Virus record (IMG/VR): IMGVR_UViG_3300017971_000035
Span: 6,357-70,356 of that record
Length of the DNA: 64,000 bases
Origin: a virus
Reading direction: 5' to 3' (one strand)
The notes below the pieces were generated by a model. That model was not told the origin of the DNA, made no database searches, and saw nothing but the letters and a program-made list of their open reading frames with translations. The position numbers and the translations under genes are program-made. Of this stretch, positions 57,426 to 64,000 are shown in pieces; position 1 is the stretch's first letter, and each line of letters begins with the position of its first letter.

Positions 57426-58710
57426 GCCAAACGCAGAACGTGAGGTCATCAAGTGCATGCTGTTCGATGCTGAACGGTGTATGCCGGCGTTCGAGTTGTT
57501 AAAACCACAGCATTTCTTTTACGGGGAATACAGGCATTTTTTCGAGGAAATGTGCCGGATGTCTGAAGAGGGGAAGGAAATAAATCCTGTCACCCTCACG
57601 GAAAATGCCCGTTTTAATCAGAATTTATTGGATGAACTGGTTGTTGAGGCCATCACTGCATCCGGAATAAGAAGCTATTGTGATGTTGTCCTGAACAATT
57701 ATTACAAACGTGCTGCCCGGAAACGGCTCATAGACGCGCTCTCAGCAGCTCAAAAATCAGAAGCCACTCCTGAATCCATACGAGCAGATGTGGAGGATTT
57801 GGCCTATTTCCTTGCGGATAGGGCCGACCTGAAGGGTCTCAGACACACTTCTGAATATGTGAAGGATTCTCTGGTCCTGATGGACAAGATAGTGGAGTCG
57901 GGGAGCCCCGGGATCCCGACCGGTTTTCACGCCCTGGATTCCAAAGGTTTCAGCATGCGGCCAGGCAAGATGATTGTAATCGGGGCCCGGCCACGGATGG
58001 GGAAATCTGCGCTGGCACTGGATATCACCGAGAAATGCGGACAGCATGTGGCATTCTTTTCCCTGGAAATGGATGGTCAGGAACAGATTGAACGGATGCT
58101 GTCAAAACGGACAAATCTTAGCGGTGACCAGCTCCGTAATAAGAGCTCCCTTTGCGGCCATATGAATGAAATCACTCACCAGGCCAATGAAATATCCAAA
58201 ATGAATATCTGGTGGAATGATTCACCAACTATCAGCCCCCTGCAGCTGCTCATGCAGTGTAAAAGACTGAAAGCCGAAAAGGGCCTGGGCCTGGTTGTGG
58301 TGGATTACCTCGGGTACATATCTGAGGAAGGAAAGCGGTACGAAAGTAGGCGTATTGAGGTGGGCCATTATTCCAGAATGATGAAAATGGTGGCCAAAAC
58401 ATTGAAAATACCGGTGATAGTGCTTTCCCAGCTCAACCGAGAATGTGAGGGAAGATCGGATAAACGGCCAAACCTGGGGGACCTGCGGGAATCCGGCGAT
58501 ATTGAACAGGATGCTGACCAGGTATGGTTTATTTATCGGGATGAAATTTATAATGAGCAGGCTGAACCCGGCCGCGCCGAAATTCTTATTGACAAGAATC
58601 GGGGTGGCCCCGTTGGGAAAGTCATCCTTCATTTTGATGGAAGGACAACCAGCTTTAAGGATTATACCGGACCAACCTCCACAGCCAAAGAAGACTGGCA
58701 ACCCACTTAA
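57418..58710 (+). CDS. dnaB: Replicative DNA helicase DnaB
   Basis: GARPRMGKS, FSLEM, VVDYL, LSQLNR, DLRESGDIEQDAD and KNRGG; TTG start at 57418. Confidence 0.95.
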   Translation: MGKPNAEREVIKCMLFDAERCMPAFELLKPQHFFYGEYRHFFEEMCRMSEEGKEINPVTLTENARFNQNLLDELVVEAITASGIRSYCDVVLNNYYKRAARKRLIDALSAAQKSEATPESIRADVEDLAYFLADRADLKGLRHTSEYVKDSLVLMDKIVESGSPGIPTGFHALDSKGFSMRPGKMIVIGARPRMGKSALALDITEKCGQHVAFFSLEMDGQEQIERMLSKRTNLSGDQLRNKSSLCGHMNEITHQANEISKMNIWWNDSPTISPLQLLMQCKRLKAEKGLGLVVVDYLGYISEEGKRYESRRIEVGHYSRMMKMVAKTLKIPVIVLSQLNRECEGRSDKRPNLGDLRESGDIEQDADQVWFIYRDEIYNEQAEPGRAEILIDKNRGGPVGKVILHFDGRTTSFKDYTGPTSTAKEDWQPT

Positions 58711-58752
58711 TTATTTATTACTTTATATATTTATTAATTAGGAGGTATATAT

Positions 58753-59235
58753 ATGGGTGTTAAAAGCGTTCAATTCTCATACGATGACGCATTAAGCGAA
58801 AGAAAGAAGAAAATCAAGAAGACCTGGAAACAGATAATGCTGAAGGGGATTGAGAGTTTTGAAGTCGAGCAGAATGGCGCTCCGGCACCCATACCAGAAA
58901 CCACCGAGGTACCGGTCCAGGAACCTGAACCGCAGCCGCCTGAACCAGATCCCGTTGTCGATGACAGAGACAAAGAGTGTGGATTGCTGATATCAAAGCC
59001 TGAAGGAGTGGGTGTCCGTGAATTTGATGTATATATCAACAAGACCTGGCGCCAATGCCCATTTGATGAAATAAGCCCTCGTCAGATATTCCGGATTCGT
59101 GATGATAACGTGGTGACCGCGGTGAAAAAATATAAAGTCTTTGAAAAAAGAAGCCCGATTACAAAACGTGAAGTCAATAAACAAATGCTTGATTATGCTC
59201 TTGTGCTTCCATTAGAAAAACTTCCAATTAAGTGA
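58753..59235 (+). CDS. Hypothetical protein
   Basis: 160 aa, GGAGGT SD, P/E-rich linker. Confidence 0.6.
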   Translation: MGVKSVQFSYDDALSERKKKIKKTWKQIMLKGIESFEVEQNGAPAPIPETTEVPVQEPEPQPPEPDPVVDDRDKECGLLISKPEGVGVREFDVYINKTWRQCPFDEISPRQIFRIRDDNVVTAVKKYKVFEKRSPITKREVNKQMLDYALVLPLEKLPIK

Positions 59236-59241
59236 GGTATC

Positions 59242-59775
59242 ATGACTGCATTTACAAAAGCTCTGAAAAAAGTACTCGCCTCTGAAGGTGGGTATGTAAA
59301 TGATCCTGATGATCCTGGTGGAGAAACTTATAAAGGAATTTCCCGTAGATATTGGCCTAAATGGGGCGGTTGGAAATACATTGATAAAAAACATTGGAAT
59401 ATAGCCAACAGCTATGTTGCCAATTTTTATTATCATAAATTCTGGCATCCATTAAAGTGTAATTATCTCCAAGAAGAATTAGCCACATTCCTTTTCGATT
59501 CAGGAGTGAATCTTGGAAAGAAGCCGGCCATAAAACTCCTACAGGAAACCTATAATGTCTACAGAGAATCAGGACAACCTGGTCTTTTAAAAGTAGATGG
59601 AATTATCGGCCCATTGACCATTAAGGCTTTGAACAGTATGAAAGTTCAGAAATTTGTCAATCAATGTATTGAAGCACGGATTGTTTTATATTTCATGAAG
59701 TGCGAAAAACGTCGTGTCAAATACAAATACCTAAGAGGGTGGGTAATAAGAACCCTTAAATATCTCGTTAAATGA
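59242..59775 (+). CDS. Endolysin, glycoside hydrolase family 108
   Basis: EGGYVNDPDDPGGETYKGI, FDSGVN.G, VDGIIGP.T and GW..R motifs. Confidence 0.93.
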   Translation: MTAFTKALKKVLASEGGYVNDPDDPGGETYKGISRRYWPKWGGWKYIDKKHWNIANSYVANFYYHKFWHPLKCNYLQEELATFLFDSGVNLGKKPAIKLLQETYNVYRESGQPGLLKVDGIIGPLTIKALNSMKVQKFVNQCIEARIVLYFMKCEKRRVKYKYLRGWVIRTLKYLVK

Positions 59776-59787
59776 AAGGAGTCTCAT

Positions 59788-60210
59788 ATGGGACAACCAG
59801 CACCTGATTCTCAGCCCGAGACCGCACCGGCCGGACAGCCGGAGGAACAAGAGAAAACTGAACCCACTCCAGGAACAGAGCCTGAACAGGAAGGTAAGGA
59901 AGAACAGCCTGAAAGCGAATCTGAGGAACCTTCGATAAGACCCCTGGCCGATAAAGTAATCATCAAAGCCATACAGCCCGATGAAAAATCTGCTGGTGGG
60001 ATTTATCTCCCTGCAGGTAGTGAGCTGCCGGATCAGGGAATTGTTTTTGCGGCTGGGCCCGGGAAGTACAGTACTGATGGAACATTTATTCCTACAGAAG
60101 TCAGTCCTGGTGATCGTGTTATTTTCAATAAGCACACCGGAGTTGATATTCAGATTGGCAGTGTATCGTTGATTGTTCTGAAGGAGGAACATGTTCTCTG
60201 TATTATATGA
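59788..60210 (+). CDS. groES: GroES-like co-chaperonin with an acidic N-terminal extension
   Basis: IRPLADKVII, SAGGIYLP, G.V.A.GPG, V.PGDRVIF.K..G and LKEEHVL motifs. Confidence 0.9.
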   Translation: MGQPAPDSQPETAPAGQPEEQEKTEPTPGTEPEQEGKEEQPESESEEPSIRPLADKVIIKAIQPDEKSAGGIYLPAGSELPDQGIVFAAGPGKYSTDGTFIPTEVSPGDRVIFNKHTGVDIQIGSVSLIVLKEEHVLCII

Positions 60211-60542
60211 AGTTCCCAAAGCATAAGAGGGTGAAGGATCCGGAGGCCTATAAGGAATATGGACGACTTCACCCTCAATGCCAAATACCCCAGTGTCGAA
60301 ATCTTCTTTGGCTTGGCCCTCATCATATTCGTTTTCGCAGTCATGGCGGTTCTGATATCCCCAGTAATCTTATATCACTTTGTCAAGGACATCATGATAT
60401 TGCTCATGGGAGGGTTAAAGGGATTTTGGCAAAGGATTACAAACTCTATTTATTAGCAATAAAACATGATAGAATTACGATTTCATTTAGAACCTTTTGC
60501 AAGCCAATCTGTGCGTCAGGGAAAATCATGGAGTGGCCGTAA
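60207..60542 (+). CDS. HNH endonuclease
   Basis: C...C...HHIRFRSHGGSD..SNL.SLC..HH...H. Confidence 0.85.
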   Translation: MKFPKHKRVKDPEAYKEYGRLHPQCQIPQCRNLLWLGPHHIRFRSHGGSDIPSNLISLCQGHHDIAHGRVKGILAKDYKLYLLAIKHDRITISFRTFCKPICASGKIMEWP

Positions 60543-60918
60543 AATATTTTACCAACCTGAAGAAGTAAAAGCATACAAGGCCAATATAATAGCCGCAACT
60601 AAAAATCAGATTAAAGATCTTCCCTATTTTGAAATGTTTCCAAGGAGTTGCCCGTTATCAGTTATGATAACATATTGTTTCCAATATCGTAAAAAAGAAA
60701 GAAAAAAATACATGTCCAAATTACCCCATAGACATGTACCTAAAATTACTTGGCCTGATGTGAATGATAATCTTCAAAAGCCTCTTATGGATGCTCTGGC
60801 TGGAATAGTTTTCGAACAGGACCAGCAAATTTTTGACATTAGAGCAAGGAAGTTTTGGTGGAGAGAGGATTTAATAACTGTGAGTATTACTCCATATCTT
60901 CATAAGGATCATTTATAA
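60466..60918 (+). CDS. rusA: RusA-family Holliday junction resolvase
   Basis: PDV.DNL.K.LMDAL.GIVF..D.QI motif. Confidence 0.85.
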   Translation: MIELRFHLEPFASQSVRQGKSWSGRKIFYQPEEVKAYKANIIAATKNQIKDLPYFEMFPRSCPLSVMITYCFQYRKKERKKYMSKLPHRHVPKITWPDVNDNLQKPLMDALAGIVFEQDQQIFDIRARKFWWREDLITVSITPYLHKDHL

Positions 60919-63900
60919 CAGAAATATCCTCCGATTCCTCTGCCATAATTTCATCCATGTATTCCCTATAGACATCAGCATTATCAGCCCAATATTTTAT
61001 ATTGATAAGTTCTTCTTCGATGTTCTGCATTTCAACTTCTTCTTTTTCAGAACGAGCCTTTTTTCCTTTGAAAAATCTATATCTGGTTTCCCATTTTTTA
61101 CCTACTTCTTTAACCTCTTCGGTTGCATGTCTGGCTGCTGTTTCGAATATCTGATCAGGAAGGATATTATTTCTTATTGCAGCAAGACGGAACTGCTCTG
61201 ATTTTTTCTTCCATCTTTTTACTGCCGCAGGTGTGGGAACACCATTATTCTTCTGCTTGTTTTTAAGGAGTTTGGTGTATTCAAACATCACACCTTCTTT
61301 AAGCCTGGTCTTGGACATACCAGCTCGCTTTGAGGCTACAACATCAAGAGGTTTGAAATCCTGTCCTTTTTGAAATAAACGACTCATTGAAAATGGAGCT
61401 GGAACAGCGGCCATCTGCAGAATTGTGTGATTAATAGCAGACCACCCGCCCTTTTTCCGCGCCTGCAAAAGAGTATGGTTTGGATAACCACCAGCTGAAT
61501 GTCCCGTGGCAAGTTCTGAAAGACCCTGGATAACAGGTGATGATTTTGTACCTACACGTTTTGCAAAATTCATAGGCACTTCTGCTGGATTGAACCTTGG
61601 AAGGAAGGAAGTGTTCTTGGGAGATTTAAGATTGAAAATATAACCAGGGACTTCTTTGAACTGCTTTCCAAATCCACGGTAGACTTCACGGCCCTGCCGA
61701 TCCTTACCAGTGTACAGGTTCCACTTACTTCCAGGGGAATTACCGGCAAATGATAATTCAACAAAACGTTTCGGATCGGTGAGGTCAAACTTGGGTTTAT
61801 TATTGCGGAGGTCTTTAAGACGATTCTCCAATTCGAGGATTTTATTGTTTCTCCGACTTGTTTCCTGGTCTTTGATACGTTGACTGAGATTGCGTTCCTT
61901 CTTAAGAAGCTGTACTTTGAGGCGTTCATTTTCTATACGTTCAGAAAGACGTTGGATTTTTTCTTCCCATTCATCTTCATCAGATGATTGTCTGAATGCC
62001 ATATTCAAAAGGTTTAACCCGATACCATAGAATGCCACAGATTTAATCCAGAACTTTCTTCCCATTGCCCCCCTGACCTGGCGACCTAATGGAGTTTTAG
62101 TAAGTGTTCCCATTCCATATATTTGAGAGAAGAATTGACGAGCTGTTGAAACTGTCCAATCGAGTGATAGTAATAATCCTCTTCCAATCTGAAGGACATT
62201 TGGATGAGACATGTGAGCAAGATAATTCTGTCCACCGAATGTATCATTAACTTGTGTGGCAACTTCGAATTTTATGAGTTCTTCTTCTTCAGCGGTAGGG
62301 GGTCTTTTATTTTTCTTTTCAAATCTCGCCAGAGCTGAATCACGAAGATTTTCATAACCAAATAATTTAAGGGTGTTATGAGTGTAGTCCCAGAGGAGTC
62401 TATCATTCAGGGTATTAACTCCCTTCAATAATGATATAGGTGATTTGAATACAAGTTTCCCTGCTTTCCCTCCGGCCTTTGAGCCTACCCATCCAAAGCC
62501 TTTTTCAAGTAAGGTGAGAAATTTTTCCATTTGGTCACGATGTACATCCTTAATGTCACCAAGCTCTCCAGTATGTTCAAGAAATTCGGAAGCAAGATCC
62601 CATTTCTTCTTCATCACATCATAACCACCGTGCATGGTTGTTTTTGCTAAGAGAATAATTTCCTTATAAGCATCTTTGGAACTTTTAAGATTTTTGGCAT
62701 TGAGGTTAATGGTCCCCATTGCAGTTTCAACAAGGGCCAAATAGTGAAATAATCCAAAACTCAGATTACCCCTCTTGGCAAAACCATTCAGCCATTCAAT
62801 AGTTTTGATTGCTGGGTGACGCCACCTGTCCTTAAGCATAGCATTTAACATTGGAATTGCAGCCGGATGTGCTGACATTCCATTAAGGGCTTCAGTCTTT
62901 ATATCAAGATTTTCAATGGGTATGTATCCAAGTTGATCTGTTTCATCAGTTCTATCAAGGATAAGTCGGACACCTTTTTCATTGGCCCCATTTAACATTT
63001 TAATGAGATTCTGATTTGCCATTACCTGAACAGTCATCTCATTATAGATGTTCATGATTTCGGTAACATCAAATGTCGCAGGGACTTTACCTTTTGAAAT
63101 ACCAGCAAGATAAGTATCAATGTAACGGGGTTTTAGAAAACGGTTTTCTACGAGGAATTTTTTAATAGCACCTGGATTTCTAGACTTATCGGTCCTTAAA
63201 AAAGCACGAATATTCTTTTTGAGTTCTGTATTTTTAATAGTTCTTGCAAAATCTGAGAGTTCTTTTCTGGTCTTGATCTTCCCTGCTTTTTCTGATTCAG
63301 GTCCGGTAATGGCATGACCCATGACTTCTTCTATTTCCTCTGGTGTGAGGTCTTTGGCGTTTGGTTTTCTTCCCCAAATATGTGTGATGTAATATTCAAT
63401 TTCATGGGCTTCAAGATTATCAGTATTCCTTTCAATCAGATTCCACATGGACTTATAATGGCTTATTATTTTCTCAGCCATTGAATAGATTTTCTGCCTA
63501 CGTTTTGGATCAGCAAATATCGCTTCCATTTCCTTCTTCGTGGCTTCGAGCTTTTCCCTCACTCTCGTCTGTGTTGCCTTAGAATCGATAGCAGATTGCA
63601 TTGAATCAAGAATCGCTTTTTGGTTTTGCTCAACTGTTCCTTTTTTACCTCTTGATTCTTCAACCAGAAACGTAAGGGCATTCCTTTCGGCCTGGGTTGT
63701 ATTAAGGGCAATCTCCTTCACATTTATGTCAGATGCTGCCCTTATTTTATTTGCTCTTCCAATGATACGCCACCAGTCTTTTCCAACAAGTCTGACAGCC
63801 TGTTTTTTCTTTGTATCAAAAAATTTCTTTAAATCCTTTATGAGTTTTGGGCCATTGTATTGATAATATGTCTTTTGGACTTTGGTTACAGGGCCATATG

Positions 63901-64000
63901 GAAGCTCATCTATTCTACTATCTTCAATGGAAGCCTGACCTGGGTTCTGATTACGCCAGATATCAACGGCCTCTTTCTTTTTGGCCTTTAATTTTGCCTC
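60887..64000 (-). CDS. C-terminal part of a very large internal virion (ejection/polyvalent-type) protein
   Basis: The frame stays open from 63721 to the window end (checked codon by codon). Helical and Lys-rich, with N.TFGGQN and L..DWT.S motifs; same strand as the late operon. Confidence 0.6.
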   Translation of the reverse strand, partial: EAKLKAKKKEAVDIWRNQNPGQASIEDSRIDELPYGPVTKVQKTYYQYNGPKLIKDLKKFFDTKKKQAVRLVGKDWWRIIGRANKIRAASDINVKEIALNTTQAERNALTFLVEESRGKKGTVEQNQKAILDSMQSAIDSKATQTRVREKLEATKKEMEAIFADPKRRQKIYSMAEKIISHYKSMWNLIERNTDNLEAHEIEYYITHIWGRKPNAKDLTPEEIEEVMGHAITGPESEKAGKIKTRKELSDFARTIKNTELKKNIRAFLRTDKSRNPGAIKKFLVENRFLKPRYIDTYLAGISKGKVPATFDVTEIMNIYNEMTVQVMANQNLIKMLNGANEKGVRLILDRTDETDQLGYIPIENLDIKTEALNGMSAHPAAIPMLNAMLKDRWRHPAIKTIEWLNGFAKRGNLSFGLFHYLALVETAMGTINLNAKNLKSSKDAYKEIILLAKTTMHGGYDVMKKKWDLASEFLEHTGELGDIKDVHRDQMEKFLTLLEKGFGWVGSKAGGKAGKLVFKSPISLLKGVNTLNDRLLWDYTHNTLKLFGYENLRDSALARFEKKNKRPPTAEEEELIKFEVATQVNDTFGGQNYLAHMSHPNVLQIGRGLLLSLDWTVSTARQFFSQIYGMGTLTKTPLGRQVRGAMGRKFWIKSVAFYGIGLNLLNMAFRQSSDEDEWEEKIQRLSERIENERLKVQLLKKERNLSQRIKDQETSRRNNKILELENRLKDLRNNKPKFDLTDPKRFVELSFAGNSPGSKWNLYTGKDRQGREVYRGFGKQFKEVPGYIFNLKSPKNTSFLPRFNPAEVPMNFAKRVGTKSSPVIQGLSELATGHSAGGYPNHTLLQARKKGGWSAINHTILQMAAVPAPFSMSRLFQKGQDFKPLDVVASKRAGMSKTRLKEGVMFEYTKLLKNKQKNNGVPTPAAVKRWKKKSEQFRLAAIRNNILPDQIFETAARHATEEVKEVGKKWETRYRFFKGKKARSEKEEVEMQNIEEELINIKYWADNADVYREYMDEIMAEESEDISVINDPYEDME

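Noticed and set aside
60207-60542. HNH as a mobile intron/intein homing element
   Set aside because: It is free-standing and interrupts no gene; small HNH genes next to rusA are routine in phages.

Overview
The window holds most of a circularly permuted tailed dsDNA phage genome with podovirus-like architecture. No host chromosomal genes, integrase or DNA polymerase are visible. The left arm (1-31.1 kb, minus strand) is the late operon, in this order: HTH, terminase large subunit, a ~7 kb glycan-modification island (2 LicD-type transferases, a cytidylyltransferase, about 4 glycosyltransferases, 3 methyltransferase domains, a sulfotransferase), portal, scaffold, major capsid, tail proteins, a repeat-rich tail fibre, and internal virion proteins with a second sulfotransferase among them. 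This operon appears to resume at the right edge (60.9 kb to beyond 64 kb). The right arm (31.2-60.9 kb, plus strand) carries early and replication genes: many small hypotheticals, a TGT/DpdA-like protein, ASCH, DUF5131, three SpoVG paralogues, an isolated minus-strand TerS, a cold-shock protein, SLOG, a NADAR-like protein, a GHKL ATPase, DUF932, an annealing protein plus Cas4-like exonuclease, a coiled-coil/vWA/PurA-like module, DnaB, a GH108 endolysin, GroES, HNH and RusA. The best candidate for an undescribed system is at 44.76-45.82 kb. There a DIP1984/DUF6847-like coiled-coil gene is followed by ~540 nt of structured non-coding sequence. A long-range stem in it encloses a tRNA-like cloverleaf with a 6-nt anticodon loop lacking U33, plus a ~7-nt-periodic array of about 12 YAAG units. 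All family calls come from motifs recognised by eye and from gene order; no database searches were run.
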